64,000 nt of DNA from an uncultured Candidatus Poseidoniales archaeon. GTDB lineage: Archaea; Thermoplasmatota; Poseidoniia; Poseidoniales; CAYMED01. The notes beneath the pieces were generated by a model, which saw nothing but the letters and a program-made list of their open reading frames with translations, made no database searches and was not told where the DNA came from. The position numbers and the translations under genes were made by a program. The stretch spans positions 1-64,000 of the forward strand of contig CAYMED010000005.1 in NCBI GenBank assembly GCA_964389655.1, given 5' to 3'. Of the stretch, positions 39,138 through 52,000 are shown one piece after another; the stretch's first letter is position 1; the number at the start of each line of letters is the position of its first letter.

Positions 39138-40079
39138 TTGAGTTGTCATATGTCGATCCGGCGGGCCACCCTAATTCTGATGCTCTACGGCCTTAGTTTG
39201 ACTGCAATCGCCATTCCAGCAAGTGCTCAGGTGTCCCCTTCCCCCGATGTTTCAATTACCTGTAAGAAAGGGCTGATCGAGATGGATGTTTATCCTGGTG
39301 CCGATTACATGGCTGATGTTGAATGTCAGGCTTACAATCCAACCGGGTATGCTGAAACTGTGCGCATACAAGTATCTGCTCAAGGGCTAACATATTCTGC
39401 TCCAGGATCAATCGTTGTTGGTTCTGGTGGAACAGAAACATTCCCGGTTACTGTGCGCGGTCTACAGCGCATGGAACACGATTCACGAACTCTCTCGATT
39501 ACAGGATATGTGGACCAATTCAATGGTGTTGCAAATCCTAATCCCCAGGCCCGTGAATTTTCAGTAATTGTGAATATCAAGCAGTATGCACGAATCCGTG
39601 TTGAGGCTTTCGAACCGTTTGTCCAACTTGGCCCTAGAGATGACTACTTCTTCGAGTTCAAAGTGCACAATGATGGAAATTCACGGGACAAAATGGTGCT
39701 ACTCATTCCAACCCAAGGTGATTTGGAAGCAGAGGGCTTCCAAGTTGTATTGCCTGCTGTGAGCACTGAGGTGGATCCACAAACGTATGAAAAGGTCAGG
39801 GTGCAAGTACGGACTCCGAAGAAGCAAGGATGGACAGATCGCTATTTCCAATTGAGCCTGCGTGCAACTTCTGATTATGATACCAAATTACGGAATAGCG
39901 CAGATAGTGCTGAAAACGAACTTCAGACTATTACGATCTATGTGCGAGGGATCTATTTACCTGGTCCAAGTTTTGTGCCTAGTCTTGTGATGATGGCATT
40001 GGCATTTGCGGTTGTGCATCGTCGACGTTCTGAAGAGATTGAAGACCCCCCCCCTGACAGTCTTAGATCTTGGCGATGA
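39138..40079 (+). CDS. Choice-of-anchor T-like surface protein with PGF-CTERM-like anchor
   Basis: Signal peptide, two Ig-like domains (C.AYNPT..E.V.I; FKVHNDGNSRD), VYVRGIYLPG + TM + RRR; likely start ATG 39150. Confidence 0.75.
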   Translation: MSCHMSIRRATLILMLYGLSLTAIAIPASAQVSPSPDVSITCKKGLIEMDVYPGADYMADVECQAYNPTGYAETVRIQVSAQGLTYSAPGSIVVGSGGTETFPVTVRGLQRMEHDSRTLSITGYVDQFNGVANPNPQAREFSVIVNIKQYARIRVEAFEPFVQLGPRDDYFFEFKVHNDGNSRDKMVLLIPTQGDLEAEGFQVVLPAVSTEVDPQTYEKVRVQVRTPKKQGWTDRYFQLSLRATSDYDTKLRNSADSAENELQTITIYVRGIYLPGPSFVPSLVMMALAFAVVHRRRSEEIEDPPPDSLRSWR

Positions 40080-40142
40080 CAGGCAATCTTAGGCGCTCTT
40101 TGTGCGAGGCTTCATATCCGATCAACAGACAAGAAGGGTCTG

Positions 40143-41435
40143 ATGTCAGGTCTTCTCGATCGCGCTAAGGCGAAGCGTGAGGATGACTTGGATCCAAAAA
40201 TTGACTCGGTAGGCGGAGTTTCTTCAGCAGCCGAAAAAGGAGTTGCATCTGAGGGATTGCTTGCAACGGCAATCGGTTTATCCTCTGAAAACGAAGACGG
40301 CACTCCTGGACCTGCCGTTAATCCTTTCACCATTGGCGGCACTCTTTCCCTCCTCACCGGTGCATTCAGCACGCTACATTTAGACAAGATTCCATTTGGT
40401 GGATGGATTGTTCTCTGTCTATTTATTGGAGGATATGCGGGCTTCTCGCGCGGGTGGAAAGTAGGGCCAAATGCTGGTAAACCCTTGTCGGGCAAACAAT
40501 GGTCGGTCCTCGCAGTTGTTTGGCTTCTCGTTGGACTTCCACCATATTTTGCCGCATGGGACGTGGATGCAGTGTCTCTTTCAGTGGGTGGATTTGATGT
40601 TGATGAAGCAAATAACGCTCTTGATTTCAAACTCTATACCACAGGACATTCAGGAGATGCCACAATCACAATTTCTCGTTCTAATTCTGACCTTTGGACG
40701 CTGACTCTTCCGATTGCAGCCACAGGAGTGACTTCGGTTTCAGTCCCATTTAGCAAAATCCTTGATGGAAATGGGCATGATTCAAGGGGTCTAGAATCTG
40801 AACCCTACATGATGAAAATCTCCCTATCAGATGGTGCGGAAAAAACGTCCCAAATCGATGCTGCCCTTCTAGATCGCATTGCAGTTTCAGCAGGTGGTGA
40901 AATTATTGCGCGAAAGACCTACCAAACAGGAGATGAATCGGGAATTAAGTACCTAGGGGCGCAACTTAGGATGAATCTTGGAATACGCGATCCAACCGAT
41001 TCAGTGCAAGCATCTGAAGGGCGATCTTCTGCCCTAATCCGCCCTACAACAGGGGACTATGACATCAACCTCGAGATTGTGAAAGGAGAGTCTGGAACTT
41101 CAGATTCTCGCTGGTCTCATCCTCTAGTCGAAGTGCGTGGTGAGTCTGTAAATTGGGCCGGTGGTACTGGATTATTGGTCGATGGTTGGGTAACACTTGG
41201 CGGCACTCTAGAGGAGGATGGTGAGGTGATATTGGATCGAAATGATTTCTATGCTGGCGACGGATGTTACAGGATGAAGTACACCGTTACTCATCTTGAT
41301 TGGCCAGACAATATGGAGGCGTCTGGGCCAGTTTACAAGCAAGTATTCATTGATGATAGTCAAGGATTTGAATTGCGCTGGGATGCATCTGAGGAGGGAA
41401 ATGACCCTGAACCAGGCGCTCCTTGGGAATGCTAA
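40143..41435 (+). CDS. Hypothetical membrane protein (3 TM plus extracellular beta domain)
   Basis: 430-aa ORF with N-terminal cytoplasmic segment, three hydrophobic helices and a beta-rich C-terminal domain. Confidence 0.75.
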   Translation: MSGLLDRAKAKREDDLDPKIDSVGGVSSAAEKGVASEGLLATAIGLSSENEDGTPGPAVNPFTIGGTLSLLTGAFSTLHLDKIPFGGWIVLCLFIGGYAGFSRGWKVGPNAGKPLSGKQWSVLAVVWLLVGLPPYFAAWDVDAVSLSVGGFDVDEANNALDFKLYTTGHSGDATITISRSNSDLWTLTLPIAATGVTSVSVPFSKILDGNGHDSRGLESEPYMMKISLSDGAEKTSQIDAALLDRIAVSAGGEIIARKTYQTGDESGIKYLGAQLRMNLGIRDPTDSVQASEGRSSALIRPTTGDYDINLEIVKGESGTSDSRWSHPLVEVRGESVNWAGGTGLLVDGWVTLGGTLEEDGEVILDRNDFYAGDGCYRMKYTVTHLDWPDNMEASGPVYKQVFIDDSQGFELRWDASEEGNDPEPGAPWEC

Positions 41436-41442
41436 TTTTAGT

Positions 41443-43134
41443 TCATTCTTCACCATGGAATGTGTCTAGTTTATTTGAGTCTAGGAAGCTCTTCCGCCGT
41501 AGAAGTACTGCTAAAGCTGATGCGATGACAATCCCCATCCCTATCACGAAAGCGATTCCAGTGTTTGCGCCTTTTGACTCACTCTTTATCCATAGCAATT
41601 CCCCCGAAGTTGCAGAAATCGTGATCCCTTCAGATCCCGCTGGAAGTGATCCAGTACCCGGGTCTGGTGCGCACGTGAGGGTCTTTATTCCACCCTCTGC
41701 AGACCGCCAAATCACGCTAACATTTGTTTTCTGACTCTGATCTAATTCAACTCTAGGGCTGCGTGGTGTGATGTCCGCCTCATCACCATTGCTTGTGCAA
41801 GAGATGCTTGTGTTCACTGAGGCACTTCCGAGGTTCTGAATTTCGATTTCTGCTAGAACCGTCCCTGATGTCTCGGAAGATGTGGTATTAAGTTGAATGC
41901 TAGTTACCTTTGGATTAGGTGAATTAGCAGAGATGTAATGTGTTTCATTGAGTCCAATAATTTGATTTACTAATTCGACATCTTGCCATGCTCCGTCCCA
42001 TGAAAGGTTGAACGTAGCATTCATCCACTCCAGATCCCCATTTGCCCTTCCAATCGCTACAATGTCGTGGCCAAACACGCTGGTTCGCTCCAATGTCCAA
42101 CTCCCATCTGAACCCGTTGTCCCCCATTGTGTCTGTCTGGATATTCCAAGCCCAGATACTGAAATTTCGGCATTGGGATATGGTGTTTGAAGTGTTTGAT
42201 CGTTGATCAGGCGGATCCATCGGTCACAAACGTCTGCTGAACTCGAACCGCTCAATGTCACACTGCTCCCAAAATTTGCAGAAGATGCCTTCCCGCTAAG
42301 GATTGCATCTGCCAAGTACCCCCTTCCGTAAGATGTACATCCCTGAATGGATCCACTCTGCCAATCTAATATTCCTCCAAGTTGAACATCAAGGGGGCTG
42401 CTCGCAGTGGCAGAACTGTTGACTGCAGTTGCATGACCACCCATGATCTGGAGTTTAACTCCATGGATCGATGAATTTGTTAGGGTGAGGTCACCTTCTA
42501 CATTAATCTCGATCGGTCTTTCTCCCTCTACCATAAAACCTCCCGAATGTGGCAATAATCCCGCAGAAATATTGCTGTCGCTCGTGCCACGAATAACCCG
42601 AATTGAAGATATTTTGATCTGTGTTGAGGTGGAACTTGTGTTTCTCGATATGACAAGACTTGTTTCATTTCCTATGTTCGAGGGAATTGCAACATCATCC
42701 GTTGTGCCATCGAGCTCGTGGGTAGTTGAAGATCCATCCCATGTCGCATTCCATCCTGTCAGATTAGTTCCATCTCCGGCATATATGCGTGCAAGAGCCA
42801 CGCTTCCAGCATTTTCAGTGGGCACTTCAACAGTTCCACTAGTCCCCCAAGATGTCAGCATAGGTTGCCATTCGCTAGCCGATATGCTCGCATTAATCAT
42901 CCGCAATGTGCCCCCTGGCTTTACTGCAATTAGCAGAGTCTCATTGACCTTAATTTCAGCATGGTCTATGGTGAGTTGCGCACCATTTTTTATCAGAACG
43001 AAACCACTCATCGTCGTATTTTCGTCCCATGTGATGGAACCTGTGATGGTTTCATCTACGGGTGACGATGGCGGTGCTCCTGCCATTGCGGGCATGGCGA
43101 CAAGGAGCACAAGTAGAATCGTCGTGCGATACAT
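41443..43134 (-). CDS. Secreted, C-terminally anchored beta-helix/CARDB-like surface protein
   Basis: Signal peptide, GSITW..GAQLTID beta-solenoid start, EIQNLG CARDB-like motif, TM + RRK. Confidence 0.75.
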   Translation of the reverse strand: MYRTTILLVLLVAMPAMAGAPPSSPVDETITGSITWDENTTMSGFVLIKNGAQLTIDHAEIKVNETLLIAVKPGGTLRMINASISASEWQPMLTSWGTSGTVEVPTENAGSVALARIYAGDGTNLTGWNATWDGSSTTHELDGTTDDVAIPSNIGNETSLVISRNTSSTSTQIKISSIRVIRGTSDSNISAGLLPHSGGFMVEGERPIEINVEGDLTLTNSSIHGVKLQIMGGHATAVNSSATASSPLDVQLGGILDWQSGSIQGCTSYGRGYLADAILSGKASSANFGSSVTLSGSSSADVCDRWIRLINDQTLQTPYPNAEISVSGLGISRQTQWGTTGSDGSWTLERTSVFGHDIVAIGRANGDLEWMNATFNLSWDGAWQDVELVNQIIGLNETHYISANSPNPKVTSIQLNTTSSETSGTVLAEIEIQNLGSASVNTSISCTSNGDEADITPRSPRVELDQSQKTNVSVIWRSAEGGIKTLTCAPDPGTGSLPAGSEGITISATSGELLWIKSESKGANTGIAFVIGMGIVIASALAVLLRRKSFLDSNKLDTFHGEE

Positions 43135-43264
43135 GGCCCTGCGGTGTCGCTTTGTTTCATCAACACACCGGGTCTAAATTCCCTTGATTAGAGCATTTCG
43201 GTTGGCTTGCCATTAGGCCGAATGACTCCGGCAAACCTATGCCCTCATTCATGCTCCAACACAT

Positions 43265-43936
43265 ATGGCTGCGCCATGTGCTCCGAGTGGTAGTGGAATT
43301 TCATTTGCACTATTCGGCCTTTTGACGCTGCTGTGGATTTATCTTCCCGCAACGATGGTGAATTTTTTTGCTATGATGTGTGGGCGAGGGCTGCCAAAAT
43401 ATGGCATTGGACCTTGGCCGATTGACCGTGGGCATGTTGCCCGAGACGGCAACCGATTGCTGGGTGATGGGAAGACTTGGGTAGGTCTTGTTGGCGGTTC
43501 TATATTGTGTGGCGTTGTAGCCTTGATACAATATGTCGCAGTGGATCCTACTCGCTGCACTTGGCCACTCGTGGGGCATCTTGCAACACTTGAGGATGGG
43601 CACTGGGCATTGGCAATGCCTGGCTGGCTTGCAGCTCTGATCTTTGGAACTTGTATCGGCCTCTTTGCCCTTATTGGAGATATGTCGGGTAGTTTCCTCA
43701 AGAGACGAAAAGGGCATGCACGTGAAGGTTCAGAATCCAGTAAAGATCTCTTGCTCGATAGCCTGCCATTTGCAGTGGTTGGATTTGCCTTGACTTTGCT
43801 GTTATTATCGAATACAGTCATTGGTGCGTGGGGATGGTGGCCTTGGATGTTAGGGATCATTATATGCACTCCGCCTCTACATCGTGGTTTCAACATCCTT
43901 GGATACAAACTGGGCTGGAAAGACGTGCCTTACTAA
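43265..43936 (+). CDS. carS: CDP-archaeol synthase
   Basis: PAxxxN, PIDxG..DGNRLLGDGKTWxG, GDMSGSFLKRRxG, LD, H..N..GYKLGWKDVPY. Confidence 0.9.
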   Translation: MAAPCAPSGSGISFALFGLLTLLWIYLPATMVNFFAMMCGRGLPKYGIGPWPIDRGHVARDGNRLLGDGKTWVGLVGGSILCGVVALIQYVAVDPTRCTWPLVGHLATLEDGHWALAMPGWLAALIFGTCIGLFALIGDMSGSFLKRRKGHAREGSESSKDLLLDSLPFAVVGFALTLLLLSNTVIGAWGWWPWMLGIIICTPPLHRGFNILGYKLGWKDVPY

Positions 43937-43997
43937 TTAGTGATGAGGAATTGATGAATCCATGAATATATTGCCATTTTGATGTTGTAGTGTTGAT

Positions 43998-44645
43998 ATG
44001 CCAATATTATTGATTGTTGATCTATTGGCAGAAAAGAAGGCTTTTGGAGAAAAAGGGACTGAAGAAATTATTCGCCATTTTCCGAATTATGATATTTTAC
44101 TTTGGGCACCACATGTGGATGTGCCACGGGCGTACTCCTTTGGAATGAGAGTCAATTCACCCACTGACTGCGATGTTATTTTGATCACTGGAAGTCGGAG
44201 AAATGTCTCGAATTGGGAACCGTGGATGGACGATGTTGCACAAGTTATCCAAACTTGTCAAGTGCCGCTTTATGGGATCTGCTTCGGGCATCAAATCATA
44301 TGCAAGGTGCTTGGGGGCCGCGTGGTTCGTGCCGAGGAAAAAACAAATTGCATCTCGCAAGTGTTCTATGCCGATGGACAAACCGTGAACCAGTTGTTTA
44401 CTCATCAGGATCATGTGGTCGATGCAGGGCAAATGAATGTGATTGCAACAGCCAACCATTGTGATGTCGTTGCCTGCAAGCATCCTACTCGCCCTATTGT
44501 AACTGTCCAGTATCATCCTGAAGCAGTACCGGATTTATTGGACTACGCTCTTGCATGTGGTGACTTGACCAAAGAAGAACGAGCAGCTTTTGGAACTGGT
44601 GTCCAGTCCCTTAATGTGGCCGAATCTCTCTTCCTTCCTCGATAA
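43998..44645 (+). CDS. Class I glutamine amidotransferase-like protein (gamma-glutamyl peptidase-like)
   Basis: ITGS, GICFGHQ nucleophile elbow, HQDHV, QYHPE. Confidence 0.88.
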   Translation: MPILLIVDLLAEKKAFGEKGTEEIIRHFPNYDILLWAPHVDVPRAYSFGMRVNSPTDCDVILITGSRRNVSNWEPWMDDVAQVIQTCQVPLYGICFGHQIICKVLGGRVVRAEEKTNCISQVFYADGQTVNQLFTHQDHVVDAGQMNVIATANHCDVVACKHPTRPIVTVQYHPEAVPDLLDYALACGDLTKEERAAFGTGVQSLNVAESLFLPR

Positions 44646-44693
44646 GTCGAGCAGCGTCAAGCCTATCACCTGTCGCTGGCAGACATCACAATT

Positions 44694-45953
44694 GTGGCCA
44701 AACGCGTCCTTGTTCTCGGCTCCGGGGGGCGAGAACATGCAATCGTCCATGCTCTCTCTTCAGGATCAAATTCGGTTGATGTACACAGCGCTCCAGGTAA
44801 TGCTGGAACTGCCATGTTGGGAACGAATCATGATGTAGACCCCATGGACCCTGCAGCAGTCTGCGACCTTGCTGAAAGAATTTCTCCCGACCTTGTTGTT
44901 GTAGGTCCTGAAGCACCTCTTGTGAATGGGGTGTCCGATCATCTCAGGGCGGCTGGTGTGGCCGTATTTGGCCCCTCATCGAAATTAGCCCAACTTGAAG
45001 GCGACAAAGGATTTGCTAAGAGCATCATGTCAAGTCTTGGAATCCCAACCTCCTCATCGGTGATCATCGGCCCGGATGATGACCTCGACCTTGACCTGCA
45101 TGGCCCTCCTTGGGTCGTCAAGCACCTTGGACTAGCTGGTGGGAAAGGCGTTTCAGTAACGAATGATTTAGAGGAAGCAATATCTGCAATAAAAAGTGCC
45201 ATTGAGAAAGATGGAGAGGTGTTACTGGAATCTTTTCTTTCAGGTGAGGAAGCGAGTATTCTTGCCATAATGGACGAAAGCGGCTATCACACATTGCCAG
45301 CCAGTCAAGACCACAAGCGAGTTGGGGATGGGGATGTTGGCCCAAATACGGGAGGGATGGGTGCTTATGCTCCAGCACCTGTCATCACAGAGGAAGTGCT
45401 TGAGCGTGTGCGGGTGAGAATTCTTGACCCCATGCATGCTTGGACAGTATTGCAGGGTGGTTTTCGAGGTTGCCTATACGTTGGGCTAATGATTGATGCA
45501 GTTGGCGACCCATATGTTGTTGAATTTAATGTCCGATTAGGGGATCCTGAGGCTCAGGCCACGTTGCCCTTACTCCAAACGGATTTATTTGAGGTCTTTC
45601 TTGCCTCAGCAGAGGGGCGGGTGAATGAGATAAATCTTCAGATCATTGAGGGGGCTTGTGCTACGGTCGTTCTTGCGTCTGAAGGGTATCCAAATTCCAG
45701 TGTCGTTGGCCGCGTTATTTGCGGGGCAATTGATGAACAATTCTCATCGGCAACGGGCCGGACAATTGTCCATCATGGGGGGACCACGATGGAGGACCGT
45801 CAGTTGATCTCGACCGGAGGTCGTGTCCTAGCAGTAACCGGTCATGCTGATGATTTGGCCAAGGCAGTATCCTTGGCATATGAGCGGATTGATATGATAG
45901 ATTTGGAAGGTGGTTTCTATCGCCATGATATCGCACATCGTGCCTTGCGCTGA
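44694..45953 (+). CDS. purD: Phosphoribosylamine-glycine ligase
   Basis: LGSGGREHA, APGNAG, VVGPEAPL, GLAGGKGV, QDHKR, GPNTGGMGAY, EFNVRLGDPE, GGRVL. Confidence 0.97.
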   Translation: MAKRVLVLGSGGREHAIVHALSSGSNSVDVHSAPGNAGTAMLGTNHDVDPMDPAAVCDLAERISPDLVVVGPEAPLVNGVSDHLRAAGVAVFGPSSKLAQLEGDKGFAKSIMSSLGIPTSSSVIIGPDDDLDLDLHGPPWVVKHLGLAGGKGVSVTNDLEEAISAIKSAIEKDGEVLLESFLSGEEASILAIMDESGYHTLPASQDHKRVGDGDVGPNTGGMGAYAPAPVITEEVLERVRVRILDPMHAWTVLQGGFRGCLYVGLMIDAVGDPYVVEFNVRLGDPEAQATLPLLQTDLFEVFLASAEGRVNEINLQIIEGACATVVLASEGYPNSSVVGRVICGAIDEQFSSATGRTIVHHGGTTMEDRQLISTGGRVLAVTGHADDLAKAVSLAYERIDMIDLEGGFYRHDIAHRALR

Positions 45954-46060
45954 TCGGGGGACGTCGCCGTCATACTTCACCCCTCATTCCGAGAATGGTT
46001 AAAACAGGGGGTCAGGTCGCAGGCACTCGCGACCATAGGTCGTATTGAGAGGGAACTAAC

Positions 46061-49000
46061 GTGGATGATCACGAGAATGAGATAGATCGGTCGCCTCCGG
46101 TCGCTCTCGGCTTTCTAGTTCCTCTTGTTGCCGTACTTCTAGCATGGATGGCAGTAGAGGTGGCTGGAGTCGATAGCCTTCGGATGGAAGGGATAGAAAT
46201 GAACTTGGGCGTGTTGTTTGCCGCAGCAGCGGCTAGCCTAGTAACTGCCCGCATGGTGAACCTCCCGAAAAACTCTTTTTTCACGCCCGTCCGCTTTAGT
46301 GGCTTGTTGCTCATTGGAAGTGCAATTGGTGTTTGGTGTCTTGTAGAATTTACCTACATCATTGTGTGGGTTGCCATTCTTTGTGGTCTTCTTCTAGCAC
46401 TTGGACATTCTGCGTTAGATCGCGGACGCTTTGAGGAATGGACGATTGCAATTTTTGCGATATCTGGATTAATCGCAGCGGCTTATGTCGGTGCTTGGTC
46501 AAGCGAATATGCATATTTACCAGATTCAAGAACAGATACGGATGAGGATGGCTTGCAAGATTGGTATGAAAATTCCAGAATGGAGCACCTCGACAGTAAT
46601 TTGGCGGACCTTTCCAAGAGCGGGGGTGACACGATTAGTCCCTTCGAAGCAACTCATAGCATACGACCTTCGGAAGGGAACTGGACAAATCTAAGCATTA
46701 CGATTCCACCAGTAGGCGATGATTCTCTTGGGCATTTTGCAGTATTAATCGTCGACGATGACACAGTGTCTAGCGAAGGGCCCATTTTTCAATCCGGAAG
46801 TGCATATGCCTCTCTTCAAAGTGGAACCTCTTCTGTAGGCAGAAACCAAAATGGCTTTTCTTGGACAGGGTCTTATAATTTTACAGAAACCACTGGCCTT
46901 ACCTTGGCACTTTCGACTGCATCTCAAACAGGCAGGATTGAAGTGGTCTTGATTGAAATGAATTCGGGCGAAAATCTTGCAGATGCCTCAGCTAGGGGAT
47001 CATCTCTTCTCTCAGTTACACCAAAGTTACTTGACCCTGCCTTTGCCGATAGCAATGGTGATGGGATCAGTGATGCTTCTACAATGCTCGAAGGCAATGA
47101 GCAGGCTGAAGGAAGTATACAAATGTCTTTGGGCGTTTCAGAAAATACAATTGTTGATGCCAAACGCTTGATTACTGGACAACTGTTTTTTGCAATTGTC
47201 TTCACTTCAATTGTGCTTGGATTCTTAGTGGCAGTATTGCAACGTGGCATTCTACTTCCTGAGGGAAGTGCTGGCTGGTGGTCATTCATGCCGCAGCCCT
47301 CTGGGCGTACACCTTCGCGGGCAGCACTTCCACTCTATGTTGCCCTGTTTGCTGGCGTGCTTGGCTTTTTGCTCGAATTTATTTCATTTTCACTGGCAAC
47401 GCCAGTGGAAAGAATTTCGCAAGTAATGCCTCAATCTGTGTTCTGTGCTGACGAAACTGGCTTCGGCTCTCTGTTTGGCGTAAATTGTGGTGTACATTTC
47501 ATCGGCTCATGGTGGCCTATTCTGAATTTTGCAGCCAGTCTTATCATTGCTTATTTGTGGTCTGAAAGAATGCGCACGAGAGCGCTAATGGGCGGTGCTA
47601 CATGGATTCTCTATACGGCTAGTTCATGGCAAGAAATGGGTATGTGGTCAACTCCAATCTTAGAAGGTAGTTCTGGAAAGTTACTCTGGTTTGGTATCAC
47701 CTTCATCACTTTCATTGCGATTTATCTTTGGTCGACTCATGAGAAATATGGGCAATGGTCTCCGAGGAACGAGCGCGGTCAGGCTAGTATGTGGTTATCT
47801 TCTCATGGACGTACTGTCATGCTGTGGACTGCGTTTGCAGTAGGGCTTGCAGTTCGGATTCAATGGAACGTCGTACCTGCCATGAATGCTTCAGGAACTT
47901 CTGGCTGGGACATGACTGGTGGATCTGACCCATGGTACATGAAACGAGCTATCGATTATGTTCTTGCCCAGCATGCTCATTTCATGTTTGATCCAGATCG
48001 GGCCTATCCAATTGGTGACATTAATCCACGACCTCCACTATTCGGCTGGAGCATCGCCCTAGCGGCAACATTACTCGGTACTTTGACTGGGATGGATATT
48101 CAATCAGAAGCCGTTTGGTGGGCCCTTGGCTTCATGCCTGCCTTTTTCGGTGCACTCATTGTTTTCCCGATTTATGCATTGACAAAGGACGTATTTGACA
48201 AGAATTCTGCGATTATTGCCTCTTGGTTGATCGCATTGATGCCAGGTCACGTTAGCCATAGTACCTTTGCACTAGCAGATCACGATGCATATGTTTTGCT
48301 TTTCCTTTCACTTGCCTATTTCTGTTACCTGCGTGCGGTAAAGGAAGCGGGGATGGACCGTCTAGTGAAGAAAATATCTTGGCGCCCACAGCATATTATT
48401 GCAGCATTTAGTGCGGTGCATCGAGAGCGACCAAAGGCAGTAATTTGGGCAATTCTAGCCGGAATCTCGATGGCAGCAGTTGCTCTTGGTTGGAAGGGTT
48501 TTGTGTATGGTCTTGGTATACTCTATATCGCATTCTTCTTGCAAGTTGCAGTGAATCTATTCCGCAGAACTGATTCAACGGCCTTGTCAGTGATTATGAT
48601 TGAGATGCAGTTGGTTGTAATTCTTATCTCATTGCCCTTCTATGGGCATCCATCATTGGGTCTTCTTTCGGATCCAACAGGCTTCCAACCTTTGTTCTAT
48701 ATCTTTGGTTTTACAGTAGTAACTGCATTTATCGCAGTATCGTACAGGGACAAACCTTGGCTGCTTGTTCTAGGAACAGGTATCGCTACGGCTATGGTAT
48801 TCTTGGTCACTCTTTGGATCCTTCTTTGGGCAGATATCTCCAATGCCTGGAATGTGTTGTTCACAGGAGGTGGATATTTCAGCAAAAATAAGATTTTTGG
48901 AACAATTGCTGAAGCACAGGCTCCAGCACGTGGTGTGCTATTCGGATCTTTTGGCCCATTTGTGGGTATATTTGCCCTATTTGGCGGGTTTGTGGCCTTG

Positions 49001-52000
49001 TGGCACGGGTTGAAGCGCCGCCAAGCAAATATGGTTGTCATCTCTGTTTGGACTCTTGTTTCAGCCTACATGGCTTGGACCGCTGGACGATTCGTGTTCA
49101 ATGCAACTCCGCCCATTGCGGTAGTTGGTGCGTGGTCTTTTGTCGTGCTTTGGGGGAAGGTAGGGGGTACTGACTTTGCCAAAACATGGCGCCGCCTTGG
49201 TGTATCAACCCCTCGTGCGAGAATTAGCGCCACACGTGCTTCTCTTCGCCGTCATCCATGGTTGGGAGCAGTCTCTCTCGTTTTCTTGATCATCGCAGCC
49301 CAGCATGTCAGTTATGGCGTTGATGCGGGAATTCCACGAGGTTCCTCATCTATGCAGAGAGTTGACCAAGCATTCTATGATATCGCTCCTGATTTACTCC
49401 GAACTGAATTTTTGGGTCTCTCCGTTATGAATTCTCAGCCACATGAAGGTGCTTGTGACCAGCGTGGATACCAGCCATGCCGTTACCTCAATTCGTTTGG
49501 TCCAGGTTTCAATGGCCCTTCTTGGAATAAAGCCTATGATTGGTTGGCGCATCAAGACCTCACCCACCCGGATGCAAATACTTCTGAACAATGTACTGCT
49601 CTAAGTGGTATTTGGCATGCAGATTCAGCGGTCTGTGAGCAACGATTTGGAGATCGTCCAGCTTTTGTCTCGTGGTGGGATTATGGATTTCAAGCACTCT
49701 CTCAGGGTCAACATCCGACTGTCGCAGATAACTTCCAGACAGGGATACCATCTAGCGGAAACATGCTACTCTCACGCGGACAAGATGACCTTCTTGCCCT
49801 CTTTATCACGAGATTGGCCGATGGCGATCGACAAGCGTACGATGCTTCGGTTGATGGCGATTGTGGTGAAGCACTTGGTCGTTGTTTTACTCGGTCTTTT
49901 AATGCCGCTTTGGATGCGCATTTCACGAATACATCTGAACTTGAGGAATTTAAGGCGCTTCACGCAGGGCTGACTTCTACAATTGCCAAGAACCGTTTTC
50001 TTGCCGTTAAGCAAACAGCCGGGACAGTTATCCTAGCAGAAGGTGCTGAAATCATCGGTGGAATGCCCACAGGGAATACCATCTGGAAAGTATATGACAA
50101 TCGAAACCCGATTGCCTGTAGTCAAAACTGCCGTGGCGATGCTTATGCAACTGAAGCAGCAGCTTTGCAGGTGTTTGATGATCGTAGTGCATCTCGTGAA
50201 TCAACTCAAACAACAACTCATTACATCATTGGTGATTACTGGTATACTGCAGATACATTGGACGAGTTTGATTCTGTAGCAACATCCTTGCACCGGAGCA
50301 ATGCACGTATTGCGTTGATGCGTAATTTCCTCAGTAACTCGCAGACAATGAACCAAATGGTGGATCTTTATGCGAATTTAACCAAGATTTCTTATTCTGT
50401 GAAGGATTCATTTGGTCAAATTGGAGATACACTGGAACGTAATCATGACATTCGCTATTTTGCAGTTGACAATCGCTTGTATCCCTTAGGTGGGCGCTAC
50501 AATGAAGATGCTAATTATCATGGTGGACAACCGCAGGGGATTTTCCATGCACCTACTCGCTTAGCAGGTTTGGACCTTGAACATCACTTGGCTACAACTT
50601 ATGAGACCATGCGGGGGACTGGCGGTCTTGTCGATGAGATGACCGCTGCTGAATATGAAGAAACAATGCGTACTGAATCGCTTGCTCAGACGTCAAACGA
50701 TCAGCGAACTACTTTGAAAGACATCCGCGTGGACCAAGATCCTATCTTCTTTGAGACAATGGTTGCGCGAACTTATGTTGGCTATGGAGCGACTTCTTTG
50801 GGCTTACCAGATGCCGCTCAACCAAATCCTCATTTTCAATATTCTTCGGGTACTCCAAGTACGGCCCTACAATCAGCATATCCTCTTCCGGGCGCGATGT
50901 TGAATCATTTTGTAATTTCTAATTGGGATGAAGTTGATTCATCAAATCCATACTTCTCAAAGGCAAATACGGGTGTCAAGGTGTTGAAATATTATCATGG
51001 TCTTGAAATTAATGGGAAGGTGACTCTAGACATAGATGGGAAACCAGGTGCTGGTGGAGTTCGTCTCTTAGTTGAACGTGATGCCTTTTCCGGAGAGATG
51101 GGTGATGATGATCAAGCCGTTTATTGGATACCCATTGCTGCAGTTGATGCCGAACCAGATGGATCATTCCATGTGCGTGTTCCAGCAGGTAAAATTCGCA
51201 TCACCGCATTTGTTGGTCAAACGGACTTAGACACAGCCCGAACCAGCCTACAAACAAGCAATGTTAGGGATATGATCTATGACCTTATTGATGCAGAAGG
51301 CGGTTCCGCACGAACCGTAAACACGATCACTGGAATTCTTGGTGGTGTTGCAGGAATGCAGTGGCTTTCGCAGGAAGAAATAATTGTCCTTGGAGATGAA
51401 GCGTCTGAACCGGGACATCATCGCTCAGTTGAGCTGACAGTCAGTCCTAGTGGGGCTGATGGAGTACTGTCATGGACAGGTCTTGAGGAATTCGAAAATA
51501 TCGCAGTTGAAGACGTAAATGTCCGATTAGAAAATATCGATAATGGCTTTACTTACAATTTTACAACTAGCAATGGAAGTTATGATGGAAGCCGATTAAT
51601 CGTAGGTGAAGGTGAGGCTGAATTCATAGATGAACCAGGTCAATTTGATGCTGATGGAATTGCTACTGTCAATCGATTTACTGGAAACCTTACTAGAACC
51701 ATTGAATCTGGACACATATATGCTGACTCTGGACATTATTCAGGGACGGGGTGGTTTAATGGAACGATCGATGATGACTCTAGTTCTTGGTCTAGTTGCA
51801 ATTCAAATGGAACAATGCCAGAAAATGCTAGCCGTTGTCTCGCGTCTCCTACGAGTGTTCAGTTGAGGGCCGATTCAGTAAATGGAACAGGTCGCTTTGC
51901 AGCAGATTCGACTTCAACATTCACGAAGTCACTTGTATCCGCACGCTATGTGGGATCGGGTAGTTTTGAAGGCGTTGGGATTGCAAATGGGACTGGCCGC

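Noticed and set aside
43998-44645. GATase as the missing GMP synthase subunit A
   Set aside because: Lacks the N-terminal DxGxQY motif of GuaA-A; ITGS..W and HQD motifs fit gamma-glutamyl-peptidase-like GATases better. Not fully excluded, given the purD adjacency
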